A stretch of DNA of 63,688 nucleotides, filler included, from Parasitella parasitica NRRL 2501 (lineage: Eukaryota > Fungi > Mucoromycota), in NCBI GenBank assembly GCA_025201805.1. It is 5 parts of 5 records of this genome, joined end to end, with 100 filler letters (N's around TTAATTAATTAA, not from the genome) between each part and the next. Parts side by side here need not be neighbours in the genome. Positions count along the whole stretch, not along the records: positions 1 to 29,712 come from MU619352.1; 4 more parts are not named here. One strand, written 5' to 3'. Shown here one piece after another: positions 13,583 to 26,894 of the stretch; position 1 is the first letter of the stretch; every line of letters begins with the position of its first letter. Made by a program: the position numbers and the translations under genes. Under the pieces are notes generated by a model. That model saw nothing but the letters and a program-made list of their open reading frames with translations. It had not been told where the DNA came from and did no database searches.

Positions 13583-15256
13583 ATGTATTCAAGAAAGAGA
13601 AAGTCGTTTTCTCCTGGCTATTATCAAGGCGATAATGAGCAAGAAGAGGAAGACATTTGGGAGAGGGAAGCGTCAGTTGGGTCTCTGTCCAATAGGTATG
13701 CAGCCCCACCAAATCCCTACACCAAAGACATCGACATTCTGGACGCCCAATACGAAATACTGCGGTATGTCGAAACTTCCCATCCGATACCAGACACTCT
13801 TCTCAATTTTGCCAATGTAGGAAGCATGAGCACAATTTGCAGCTTGGACTGCAAAGTCTGCAAGCTAGTTTACATGCGCTTGATCAAAGTCAAGCTGATG
13901 AGCAGGCTAAATTAGAGCAAGTCGAATGCGAGGTACAACTCTTGAGTTGCTGTTGGATATTTTGTACTGACCGTTATTTCAGTATCTCGCTACTGTCCAA
14001 GAGGCGATTGCATTCTACGAGTCCCAACTAAAAGATACCCAAGATCCAGATCTAGACGAAACTATCACCCTCCACAACGACACACCCTACTTGAAAACAG
14101 ATGCGCTGCTAAGTAGACAAGTAAAGCACGTCCTGCAGGAATGGGCCTCTGTTTTTACCCATGAAACCCTCGAGGATACCAATGCCATCATCAAAACCAC
14201 AACGCACCAGTACAGCAAGGCTGAATTTGATGTTGTTGACCTCATTGCACAGATAAGCGGATACGAGGCACGGGTCCAGTCTTTAAACCGTGATCGAGCC
14301 AAGCTCAATTCATTGCCGCAGATATTACCTATCCTTACATCAGAGACCGAGCAATATGCTTCAGACATGAAAGAAACTACAACAAAGCTAGAGCAGTTAG
14401 AAACAGAGGTGATACGGCCTTATCTAGAAAGAGTGGCTGTGCAGCATGTCTTTTGTCCATTGTATGCCAGTTTCATTGCAAACGAAATCAGGCTCGCGGA
14501 GGATTATTTTGAGGATGCAGAGTATCTCTATACAGTGTGTATTAAACAACGGGCGTACCAGCAGTTCACTACTCTTCTGTATGAAAAAGATGCTGCGCTC
14601 AAGATGCAAAAATTGCATAATTTAAAGCTGTTGGCTACGGGGCAACCAGATAGTGACCAAGAAGCTACATCCAATGCCAAAGGGGATAAGAGCCATTTTG
14701 TAGCTATTATCAAAGGCTTGCTTACGGCTGCATTGACGCAAATTGGAAGAGATAAAGAAAACTTGACGCTGACCGAACAAATCGACGCATTACAGCGGCA
14801 TGCAGCTAACCTGAAGCAGAAATGGCAGCAAGATTTTCAATCATGTCAAGACGCCGCAGCTGAACTGTAAGCAAAAAAAAAAAAAAAAAGGGCTGCAAAA
14901 AGGAGTACTGAAAAAAACCTCTGCTAAAGAAACCTCTTGCACAAGAGGCTATCAACTTCATTATACAGTCATCCCAGAACGCCAGATGAACTTTTCATGG
15001 CGCCAAAACCATACAGCAGGTTGCAAGAAGAGCTTGAATTTCGTACCATGGAGCTAAAAGGCGCATTGTCTGCATTGCAAAAGGTAACAATTGTGATATC
15101 ATCATTATTAGCAATGGCTGTATACTCATTGTTCTAAACTGCATCAAGGAAGCGAATGATGTCGACAAGAAAGCGCTATTTGACCAGCAACGGAAGCTGT
15201 TTTCCTTGTTTTATACTGATCCTTTGACTTTTGAACATCTGCACTCTGAAATTTGA
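13583..15256 (+). CDS. HAUS3/Aug3 (augmin subunit 3)-like coiled-coil protein, multi-exon
   Basis: IKQRAYQQFTTLLYEKD and C-terminal QQRKLFSLFYTDP resemble, from memory, HAUS3/AUG3 motifs (IKQKASFELLQLSYE; QRRVFVDFFCNP). Introns at ~13765-13820, 13933-13982, 14867-14928, 15084-15148. Confidence 0.55.
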
Positions 15257-15511
15257 AAGACATACATAAAGAAACGAGTTGTTAGATGTCATAGCAGGGA
15301 AGAATTCAGTACTGAATCAGTTTCAAATTTAAGAATGTAGAATGACTCTTCTTATTGAATGAAATGCAACATGAACAAATTCGCCAAATACAAAAGGGTT
15401 TATATTAGGTATTTTTAACATAACTTTTAGATTTCGAGCATATTTCAAATCTTATTTTCCCGTTCATTTATTTCTGATTTCTCTCTTGAAATGTATGATT
15501 GAATTGGTATT

Positions 15512-15546
<35 letters not shown>

Positions 15547-15584
15547 NNNNNNNNNNNNNNNTGATAAAAACAAAGCATTAGGGT

Positions 15585-18074
15585 TTAAACAGATCCAACA
15601 ATCTCATCTGCCTTCTGCAAGGCTTCAATCATCTTCTTGCATTCCTTTCTTCTCTGTTGAGTGTACTCGGATTCTTGTAACAAATCATCCAACACTTCGG
15701 CCTTGTACAGTTCAGACAATAGCTCTCTTTGAAGCTCTTCCTTGGCATGGCTGACTAAATTCAACATAATAGCCTTTGGAACCATATCAATCATTGTACG
15801 CTTGACAATATTGTAATAAGATTGAATCAGGAGCTTGATAACTTCGGTTTCCATAAACTCACGTTCTGATAAAGCACCCATTGCCTTCAAAGTAGCAGGG
15901 GGCTAATTTCAAATACTTAATGCCTGTTTCAAGAGTTTTCGAGTCAAGTACTTACAGCTTCCATCAAGGCACCAGCAGTCTTTTTGGTTTTCTTTGGTCC
16001 AGAGAAGAAACTGCCAAAGAAAGATCCGTTTTGATCAGAATTAGCGTCGAAACCGGATGCATTGGAGTGGTTGTTTGTCTGGAGAGCAGCTAATTGTTGT
16101 TGTCTACTGCCACCATTAGCAGTAGCATTGTGCTGTTTATCGTTGGCTTGCGTAGATTGGTTTTTGGCTTGTAATTGCTCGTTGACGACGGCAATCGCTT
16201 GATGGCCACTCAAAAAGTCAGGATGAGCCGTGTTAATGTAGCATGACTCCATACTAAAAGAACTCGGTTATAAACAAATGGTTGTTGTGTCAATGATTTA
16301 ATCGACTTACGCAACGAGATCAGTAACCAATTTAGTAGTAGGCGTAATAGCCTTCTTGAAGAATGACAAAACGACTTGGTAGAATCGTTCCTTGAGAGCA
16401 GGGAACCGTCTAAAGAATTGCTTGTTTAACAATTGACTCAAAATGCGCACCAATTCATCGTAAACCATATTAATACACTTGACACTGGGATCCTCTAGAC
16501 GCTTGATTTGTTGCTTGATAATAACTTCAAAAGCGGTTGTTGCAACAAACAAAGCAGGAGAAGACCCGGATGAATTATAGAGAATAGTACGAATATCGAC
16601 GTCTTTGATTTGCTCCAAGGGATCGACACTCTTTACACCGTTGGAATAAAGCTCGTGAAAGACAAAACTAATTCTTGCACCACCGGATAATTCAAAACTA
16701 GTCAAATCATTCGAGTTACCGTCGATGATTGTTCGGAATTCAGTACAGAATTCAGTAATGATATTGAGGACCAAGTTGGCTTGGCCCGAGTTGGAGCCAT
16801 CGTTCAAAGGGTCACCCAACTGCAGCAATTCTTGTTGGTATTTTGCCAAGGCAGCTTGGATCTTGGCTTTGATTTCGGGAAGGGTATTACGAATATGATG
16901 CATCAAAATCTATAACAGACAGATCATCTGTCAGCACTTGGGGGGGGGATTGTTATAATATCCTCGCTGCTTAACTCACCTTATTCAACTTGAGCGCCAA
17001 GAAGGGAGTGCCACAGTACTGGGCTTTGCTTCTATAGGAAGCATGGTTTTCGAAATATTCTCTCTCAGCAGCCAAAGCCTTGGAGATGGATTTCTTATTG
17101 TCGATATCACGTTGACCGCGGTTTACGACAGGAACGTAACCCAACCTCAAGGGGATGACTCTTCCTGCCAAGATATCAATTACATCAGTGCCCTGATCCA
17201 TCAAATCGACCTTTGTCAATACACCAATGGTACGCAAACCCTCAGGATCAACTTCTCTTGCCAGTTTCAAACCATCTGAGTTTGCCAAGTCAGTGTTGGC
17301 CGCAGTTACCGCCAAGATGATGGCATTTGGTTTGGTCACATATTTGAGAATCATGTCGCGAATTTGCTTTTCGATATCCTTGGGCTGATCTCCCACAGGC
17401 ACTTTGGTCAGTCCAGGCAAATCAATCAAGGTCAATGTCAAGACATTGGGTGAGAAGATACGTAGATTGATGGGCTGTGGTGAGATGCCCACATTCTTGC
17501 CTGTCTTCAGCTCAGTGTCCTTCACAATCTCCTCCCTAATTTTGTTAAAGTTGTAGAACTTTTGTCCTGGCAAATGCAAGAATTCTCCCCATTCATCTGG
17601 ATTTTCTTGGGCGTCAGAGGAAGGAGCTTCGTCTTTCTTGGGGGAAGTAGGCGTGTTGCTTGACGCGGTTCTGTTGATGAGTTGGAGAATCTATAGGATA
17701 GTGATGTGTTGGATATACATATGCATATACCACAGCTAAAGGATAGAAAGCTTACAAGAGGTCGACGTGTGACAATGCCAGTTCCTCGTGGCAAGAAATC
17801 TCTGCCAACAATGTTTTCCAGTACTGAACTTTTGCCGCTACTTTGAGAGCCAATAACTGCAATTTGAGGCAAGTCGACTGGATTGTGCACTCCAACTGTC
17901 GCGAAGGCGTCTTGCAGTTTATTTACTAGAGAATGTGGGGGAGAAAGAGAGAGAAAAAGGTTAATATGAAGCGTTTCAAACTTTCAAATAGACTGCAACA
18001 AGTTGTTTGTTTAGATTGTATAGTTTTCATCTCAAACAGCATACTTTACCCGTTTTAATAAGCTGTGAATCCAT
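15585..18074 (-). CDS. VPS1: Dynamin-like GTPase Vps1 (vacuolar protein sorting), multi-exon
   Basis: [77 protein letters not shown] domain at the C-terminus. Confidence 0.93.
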
Positions 18075-18392
18075 TAGTTTGAATATACGTATGCTGCAAG
18101 AGAAAAGAAAGAGAAAAGAAGAAGAAAAAAAAGGGGGAGATATAAAACAAAATGTGTGGATTCAATGTTACATTAGGTTTGTGCTTTACTTGGTCGCACG
18201 TCATCTTGTTCTTGCTCATCATAACGGTTGCTCATGCCTATCTTTGATCCATCCATACGCCTGATGTAATCAGCACTTGTCCAAGCATATGGCCCCTTTG
18301 TCTGCAAAATATTTTTATAAAGAACCCCTTCATGTGGCTACATTTTACTTGGTAATTGTTTTATTAAGGTATAGTTTATGAAAATACAAAAT

Positions 18393-19038
18393 TTAAAAAT
18401 AACCTCGCTTAGAAGCATAGCTCTCGTATGGGTCATTAAACCCACTATAATGGCCCATACCACCTCTTTGATACGCAGTAGATGCATACGGTGTAGTGTG
18501 GTTTCCGTAATAGTAGCTAGATGAAGAATCGTAAGGTGCGTTATCGTAACCACCTGCAGCACCATAACCACCATAACCACCATATCCTCCTCCGTTATAC
18601 AGCGTATTCGCACCGTAGTTGGGCATGAAAGATTGCTGCTGTTGACCATACATTGAATTCGCTCCGTACCCCATCATTTGTTGTTGCTGTTGTTGTTGAT
18701 AAGGATTACCATTCATCATCATTTGCTGCTGCAGGATATTATTAATACCTCCCATCCCATTCATCATACCTGGCATCATCATATTTGCGCCAGGATTACC
18801 CCCCATCAAAAGATTTTGAAGCATTGGATTCTGCTGCTGGCCTAAAAGGCCAGGAGTGCCACCGAGACCGCCCATCATACCAGCAGCGCCAGAAGTGGCA
18901 CCAGCGCCACCCATCATCATCATTGCCATGAGTAAAGCTTGCTGCTGTTGAGGAGGTAATTGTTGTAATTGTTGTAATTGCATCATTTGCTGTTGTTGTT
19001 GTTGTAATTGAAAAGGTTGTTGTTGTTGTTGTTGCTGT

Positions 19039-19070
<32 letters not shown>

Positions 19071-19490
19071 GAGAATCAGCTCTTCAAGACTTCCGACATT
19101 GCCTATTCCTCCTCCTCCTCCCATCATAGCTAGATTCGACTGATTCATAAATGGCATACCCATTTGGTGTGGCATCATCCCTGGCATCATACCGCCCATC
19201 ATACCGCCAGGACCAACACCGCCAAATCGACTCATTGCCATGGCTGCAGGATCTATGCCTCGATAACCCGCTACTTCTCGGATTTTCCGTTTAAACATAT
19301 CAAAGATGCCACCTTGAGGCTCAATGAACCCAGGTCCATAAAGACCAGCTGCTGCCGCTGCCGCTGCCGCTTGCTGTTGCTGCTGTTGCTGCTGTTGCTG
19401 CTGCTGCTGCTGCTGATGGTTTTGAGCTTGATTCTGCATCGAAGGGGAAGACGGTGTTGGAACCTGCTGTGGTTGCGGTTGTTGTGCCAT
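18393..19490 (-). CDS. Q/G/M/N/Y-rich low-complexity (prion-like) protein, 365 aa, intronless
   Basis: Long uninterrupted ORF with poly-Q tracts, GMM repeats and a Y/G-rich C-terminus. Confidence 0.75.
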
Positions 19491-19578
19491 TGAAATTTAA
19501 TATATACAGAGAATATAGAATAATGATGCGAAATGTGAAAAAGGGAAAAATGTATTTTCAGCAATCTCCAGAGAAAAA

Positions 19579-19618
<40 letters not shown>

Positions 19619-19732
19619 GCTTTCCTTTTACGAAGAGGATCATGTGTCAANNNNNNNNNNNNNNNNNNNNNNNNNNNNNNNNNNNNNNNNNNNNNNNNNN
19701 NNNNNNNNNNNNNNNNNNNNNNNNNNNAAAAA

Positions 19733-19778
<46 letters not shown>

Positions 19779-20493
19779 TTTTGTTGTTATGGCTTTCCTT
19801 TTACGAAGAGGATCATGTGTCAACATGAAAGAGTTACACATCCAAAGAGGTATTTTTCAGGCAGGAACTCTTTGTTTAGCTTTAGAATGAATTTTATTGG
19901 GTATCACCAAAATTTCAGCGAATGTTGTTGTTGCTGTTTTTGTACAAGATTTGATTATTTAATGTAAACATTTCCCTTTGCAAAATCAAACTTCAATTAA
20001 CAATCATGTATGTCCGATAGCAGTAATAATAGTTGATGCAGGAGAGCCCTCTTCAGCTGACACACAAATGTCAATTGATATCCACTGGCACATGTAGATC
20101 AAGATTTTAATTGTCTCGTGTCTCTTGAGCAAACATCCACTGGTTTCTCGGACCATCATGATCAAAGTTTTTGTGTCAGCTGTGTTACAGCTAAACTAAT
20201 GTTACAGCCTATTATATCTCAGCATATGTCGATATAAATGTTCATTGTCTTGTTACAGTGATTTGCATTTGAAATTATTGATGTAGTAAACTACCTAAAA
20301 TTAAAGGCTTTTAACCAGCCAAGTTCCCGTCACCATTATATATTGAAATCATTAAAATTGGGTAGTGATATAAAGAGGAAGAAAAGCAGAAGCATTGTCA
20401 ATTTTAAACCTAATACTACTCTGGCAATACTGACACCACATCCTGTTCTCCGTCTTCCATCGCTTTTTACCCTTTAATTCAACGCATCAAATC

Positions 20494-20840
20494 TCATTTC
20501 GTTCTTTCCTTGTACGCAATTGGAACTTCTACAGAGTAGACTTCACGGTAGATAAACCTGCCGTCTTCCTTGAACTGTTCCTCCGCTGAAACAATGCTAC
20601 TTCTAGCTGATTGAGTGCCAAAATCTTTGTCGAAAAGACTCTTTAGACGATTTATAATATTCTTTAGCATTACCATCGTTGTTCTGACTTGATTAGCGTT
20701 ATTATCAACCATCTTGTTAACATTGGCCTTATATTCGCTTGAAGGCCCTTCAAAAGCCACCCATTCGTTTGGATAAAGATCGTATGCCAACCCATCGATA
20801 AATCTTGGCGCCCACTTTCGTAATGAATCATCTATCTCCT
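20494..20840 (-). pseudogene. Fragment of a Mucorales multi-copy PD-(D/E)XK/Crinkler REase-like gene
   Basis: RFIDGLAYD...EWVAFEGPSS...FIYREVYSVEVP resembles the DG...E-x-S...E..S..P pattern. No proper start; internal segment appears missing. Confidence 0.35.
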
Positions 20841-21962
20841 ACACTGAGGGGTAAATTTCCAATTTATTAATTCAACTCGTTCCTTAATGATTAAATCGGT
20901 TTAAATTGTTATCAGGCTCTTTCGCAAAAAAATATCACCAACTCATAAGTGAAACTTCTTCTTCACCTGTCATCCTTGTCAGAGACAATATTGGCCCTAC
21001 TAAGGGCCAAGTCTTTTCACGACGAGGCCTGAATAAGAAGGTCATCAACATTCAAATACAATGAGCTTAAAAAAAGATGATACGGTCAAATTTATTCCTG
21101 AAATCCTCTGCAAATACGAGGATTTGAAAGCTGAAGTCTTGATCCGCAAAGCTTGTGCCATTTTGCAGTAGGGCATCAATTCCTGGATCTGTTTTGTTTA
21201 CCTTCAAAGATTACGTTTGATCATCATACTGTTGCGTGTCGCGTGATCAAGTAATTACTTCCTGCAGATGAATTTTCCGGCACAGGAACAGAGTCGCCAT
21301 GCCTATATGCCGGACTTGATTTCCTTATCTTTCCGGTTTGCCATGCATGACTCCCAATGGTTTCTGACAATTGCATGGTTCAACCAAAGTGAGAAGGAAC
21401 ATATTTGGTATTCTCGATGAGACGCTTGTGGTTCTCCTTGGGTCCTCTAAATAGGCATTAAAGATTAACACGATTCAACGGAGCCTGGCAGTTGTCCGTG
21501 GATCTATTCAACAGACACATGCATTTCTCCAAGTCATGCTAGTGTCATTCCTACAGATTACCGAAAGTAAAGCATGGTTGGGACAATGAATTAAAATCAT
21601 TTATTTCATTATTTTTACACAATGGAGCGCACTGATCAATGTAAGAATGAACTCACATAAGCTTTATTTGTCAGAAACCAATCGGCATTTTCAAAATCAA
21701 ATGAGGAATTTTGCTGATTGTCTATTTTACACTTATAATTGCAATAATAATTATAATTTGTAGCTATTCAATAATGGTTGTTATTTTGCTCCAAAGTACT
21801 GAGTTAAGGACGACAAAAGCGCAAAAAAACTAAATGTTCAGGGATATCTCTCTCTAAGCTCTAGAGAAGTAATGTCAATGTAGTGTGCGTAATAGTAAAA
21901 TGTTAAAATAGAAAAAATTGCAAATAAAAAGTATACATTTACGAGAAATTTTATTTATACAT

Positions 21963-24900
21963 TTACAAAGGATTTCTCTTCAACATTGACGTTATCATAT
22001 TTTCAAATCTATCCGCTTTGGCACGAGATTCGTTAGCCTCACTCTGTATCAACTTGGTCAACATATCTACATCTCTCTCCAACTGCGAGTTCTTTTTCTG
22101 ACACAACTTTTTTTCTTGCACCTCCTTGGCCAACTCTGCTTCCATGGAAGCAAACTTTGATTGAATAGATTGATGTACAATGGTCTTTTCATGGATTTCG
22201 TCCTTGTATTTCAAGACCTGTTGTTGTAACTCGCTAGATTGTGCCTCGCTTTCTTTTCTCTTTATACTCTCTGCTTGTAGTAATTCTTGGAGATCCGCAA
22301 GTTCGTCAGCCTTTGTGTGCAGCTGCTTTGCATGTTCAATTTCTATCTCTCTCATGTCACTCTCTAACTGCCTGTTTTGCTCATCGCGAGCATCTAACTG
22401 TGCCTGAAGCTCGTCTGAGACGGTTTTGTCGTTTTCCAAGAAATGCACTCGCTCTTGAAGCTCGTTGTTTTCTTTGCACAATTCGTCGCATTGAATCATG
22501 AGGGCCTCGTTTTCTTCGGATTCCTCTTGGATGTCTTTATGGATTTTGGAAAGCATGACAGCTTGTTCTTCGCTGAATTCCCTTGTGGTCTGAAGCTCAG
22601 TCTCAATTTGAGCAAGCTTCATTTGGGTATCCTTCAGTTCTTGTTCCAGTCGTTTGGATTTAGCCATCCAGTCGTTACGCTCTTCCTCTAGAGTCAAGCA
22701 AGATTTATCAATGCTTTCCAGTTGTTGCTGCTGTCCTTCCAGTGCCGCTTCTTGAGCTTCGATTGTCTTTTGCTGATTCTGATTCTCAAGTAACAGTTCC
22801 TTTCGCTGCGCTTCTGAGACAGCCAGCACCTGCTCCAAATCATCGATTTTCTTTCGATCTGCGTTTTCTGCACCATATGTAAACTGGAGCTCCTTCCTAC
22901 GATGATAGACTTTCCATAATCTTGATTGCATCATGTCAATGTAGATGCGGCTATTACGCTGGATGGTCCGAATCAATTTATCTTGCGTTTGACGCCGAAT
23001 CACTTTACGACGAGCAATGACACCAAGACAGGCAGCCTGAATCTTTGTAGCAATTTCAGAGAGTCGTATATCACGGTGCTCCTCTAGCTTGCCCAGCATA
23101 CCAGCCTTGAAAAAGACTTTTGTACGGCCGATTTGAAACTGATCTGAACCCAATTGACTGGTGCTTAGCAGCATTTGGCAAGCTTTTCGGTGGTCCCTTT
23201 CGTTCGCAATAAGATCCGGCGCCAGTATTTTGTATTGCTCACGGAATTGCTTGAACAATAGGCGGTTTGGATAACCAACGCGACAAATACGGATGCCTTC
23301 CAGTACTCCATTGCAACGCAACTGATCAAGCACAAGCTTTGGCTGTATCTCTCCTGGGCGTTTGCGGTTATTTGGCAGTATGCAACGAACAAAATGAGGG
23401 CGCGTCTTCTGAAGAGTGTCCATTAAAACGCTGAGCTGCTGCTTGTGCTTATAGCCAACAGTGTAGAAGTTGCCTGCACCTTTACGAGTGCGATAAAGGG
23501 GTTTACGGCTGTCAAACTGGCGGTCGGGAGAGCTGGGTAGATCAGAGGCATAATCTTTAAACAAAGTGGCTACGTGCTTGTTTGTTGATTCGGCGAGCAG
23601 GCGAGCAACGTTCTCATTCAAAGGGTCCTTGCCACGTTCAATCCATCCTGCAGTTTGATACTTGACTTCGCCAGCATAATGCTTGATGGTGAAACCTTGG
23701 TTGTACTTGTCTCGAGTAAAGCGCTCATTCGACTTGTTTTGTTCACATATCTTTGCAAGCAGACGTTCATCCGTACCCTGAGTCACACATTCGTCCTCCA
23801 AGCACGACAAGATACCAATAGGATTTTTACTGCTCTCAATCAGGTTGATCGTAGGCTCCAGATCATTTCGATAGTCCAAGGACTCATCACAGCGAATGTT
23901 TTCCTCCTTGTATTCTCTTGCTTCCAGCACAAACATATTTTGGTTGAAAAAGTCTTGCAGTTTTTCGTTTGTGTAATTGACGCAAAGCTGTTCAAAACTG
24001 TTGACCTTGAAGATCTCAAAGCCTGCAATATCAAGGACACCAATAAAGCGTTCTCCTTCTGAAATGGACATGCCTTCCAAGGACTGAGGGCCCTCAATAG
24101 CCGAATTGATACGGCTAACCAGATGTCCGAAATTTCGCTCGTACAGCACCTTGGAGAGTGCATCGAGGTTATCCTTGATTTGGCTCGAAGATTTGGACTG
24201 GCTGACCCATTCGTTGCCTGCTTTGATTTGTGGTTCCAGCAAATTCTTCTTGAATGACTGAGGTGATACACCCAGCAGCTGACAGGCCATTTCGTAATTG
24301 CTTACATCCACCCGGCTAGAGTTGCCATTGACTACAATGTTGCCCAGATACAGCACGGCTATTACTATACGGAAGAATTCAAGGCGCTCGTTTGCATCGA
24401 TACCCATGATTTCCATTGAGTGCACAAGTTTATTGTATTCTGCTGCATCATCTACGTTTTGGATAGTATGTTTGGAGTGTTTTGTATAGTTGAAATCTGC
24501 AGGGGTATACTTGCTAATATTCAATTGTTCTACAGTTCAGTTAGTTTGTCTGTTTTTTTTTTTTTTTTTTTTTTTTTTTTCAATGATCTCGTACCTTTGG
24601 TGTCTTGATCTGCGGCATTAAGCAGTTGATAAAAAACGTGATAGTTTCTTTCTTCCGAGGTTTGGGTATGTACACGCGAGGTTTCCAACAAATACCAATC
24701 AATAAATGCACCACTGATGTCTCCAGTTCGATTGAACGCGATTCTGATGAATTTGCCAAATCGAGACGAGTTATTGTTGCGAATTGTTTGTGCGTTACCA
24801 AATGCTTCCAAAATAGGGTTTGCTTGGAGGATCTGCGTTTCCAAGGTACCTTTTTTTGCAGAATTAATCCCAAATCCGTTGCTGCCGTTACCAGCAATCG

Positions 24901-25666
24901 ATGCCAAATACTGTATTACAATCTTGGTGTTTTCAGTTTTGCCTGCACCAGATTCACCTCTGCAATAACAAGAAGCTTTTAAAAACCGAATCCTTGCACG
25001 ATGGTCTTGTAAAACAAAACAAAAAAAAAGTACTTACGTGATGAGAATAGACTGGTTTTCTTTATCGTGCAACATATCATGGAATGCATGATCTGCTATG
25101 GCATAGATGTGTGGAGGTAATTCGCCACGTCTCTTCTTTCGATACTGTCGAATGATGTCTGTTGAATATATCGGCAAGCTGCGATATGGATTGACTGCGA
25201 CCAAGAACATGCCAGAATAAGTCTATTATTGTAAGTTTGAATTAGAAACTACAGCCTCTTGCATAGACACAATCTTAAGGATACTTGCATATATATCATT
25301 TCTTGTGTATCTCTGTGTAAGGTTGTGAACCACAGCAGGCTCATGCATATGCAACAATTCGGCCATGTCTTCAACATAATCGAATTTGGGTGGATTCATC
25401 ATGTACACTTGATCTTTGGGGACTTGTTCTTCACGGGAGTGATCTTCATACTCCACCAAGACAACATCATCTGTGATTTCATGTATTACTCGTACTCTAG
25501 CAAATGCCTCTGTTGTGTTCTTTTGCTCAATCCAAGCTAATTTCTGCAGATTAAATCCAGCATCGTGATCGGCCGCTGTGAAATCCCTTGGTTTGTGGTA
25601 AACTTCGATTCCATGGCTGTGATACATAGTGCCTCTGGTGTTTGTTTTGTCTTCAGGCGGTGCCAT
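21963..25666 (-). CDS. Class II-type myosin heavy chain with short coiled-coil tail, about 1164 aa (exons 25666-25289, 25222-25038, 24959-24595, 24529-21963)
   Basis: [70 protein letters not shown] motif, coiled coil. Confidence 0.93.
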
Positions 25667-26393
25667 TATATAGTGGTGCAATAAAAGAGAATAAAGGGGG
25701 AATATTCATTTTGAAAACAAAACAATAATTCTTATACCAATATGCAAATACTATTTCGGTTATCACGGCCAAAACAGGATACTACATATAGTAATTTATT
25801 CTATTGTTGTACCACTAATGGCTCAATTAATATATTTACAACAATAATAAATTCTAAATATAATTAATCTTTTGATATGGCTGGTAAAGGAGGCAGCTCT
25901 GAGGGAACAGGTGGAGGCAGGTCAGTAGCTGGAGCCAAGCTTGTAGGTGGCGGTAAGCTTGTAGGCGGTGGAAGTAGACTACCATGACTCCAAGACATAC
26001 TTGAATTGCGGGCGAGCGGCTTTCAATGTCAATGCATTGGAGCTAACTACAGACACAGTAGACAATGTGTATGGGTAATAGTGAACATATTGTTGATGTT
26101 CTATGCCTAAGATTGCTGCTGAAGCGATTAAAGGATGTTCACTATAATCGATAAAAAAAAGCTAAGCGGCAGCTGTCATTGGGAGATCTTCTACAGTTAC
26201 ACCTGAGAAGATTATGATTTTGGACGATTCCGTTTCTTTTAGATGGTCTACTTTTAAAAAACGGACTTCATTAATTTATTCCAGACGAAAACTACGACTG
26301 GGGAATGGGTGTTGATAAGGGAGTGCATTTTTATTTTACAGTCCATTAGGAGCTTGTAAAATGAGTGGACACCAGTATGCCTGAAATCAGGTT

Positions 26394-26700
26394 ACTTTTT
26401 TCTCTCACTCACTTTTCTCTCACTTATTTCTCTCACTTTTCTCTCACTTTTCTCTCACTTTTCTCTCACTTATTTCTCTCACTCTTCTCTCACTTATTTC
26501 TCTCNNNNNNNNNNNNNNNNNNNNNNNNNNNNNNNNNNNNNNNNNNNNNNNNNNNNNNNNNNNNNNNNNNNNNNNNNNNNNNNNNNNNNNNNNNNNNNNN
26601 NNNNNNNNNNNNNNNNNNNNNNNNNNNNNNNNNNNNNNNNNNNNNNNNNNNNNNNNNNNNNNNNNNNNNTCTCTCACTTTTCTCTCACTTATTTCTCTCA
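26394..26700 (+). repeat. 11/13-bp tandem array TTTTCTCTCAC / TTATTTCTCTCAC (interrupted by an N gap)
   Basis: Direct reading. Confidence 0.95.
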
Positions 26701-26713
26701 TCGAAAGAAGATA

Positions 26714-26859
26714 ATGACTTACCTTTGCCAAACTTGTAAAACTGAATTTCCTTCACCAGTAAAACTGTATAACCATAGCTATGATGTTCATGTGAATACG
26801 CTACAAGTGACCATAAACAAAAGTAGGAACTGGGAATTTTTAGACAAGATATTATGCTC

Positions 26860-26894
<35 letters not shown>

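Noticed and set aside
13817-13842. Apparent 26-nt micro-intron in the HAUS3-like gene
   Set aside because: A normal 56-nt intron (GTATGT 13765 to TAG 13820) restores the same frame
19573-19823. Direct duplication (AAAAATAC-polyT-GGCTTT...GTGTCAA) on either side of an N gap
   Set aside because: Typical unmerged contig overlap around a homopolymer; likely an artefact
25878-26030. GC-rich patch encoding LPPPTS-like repeats on the minus strand
   Set aside because: Too short, with no start or splice support; probably debris
26394-26700. Tandem array as an interstitial telomere
   Set aside because: The unit lacks the G-run pattern of fungal telomere repeats and is explained as the outer part of the inverted arms
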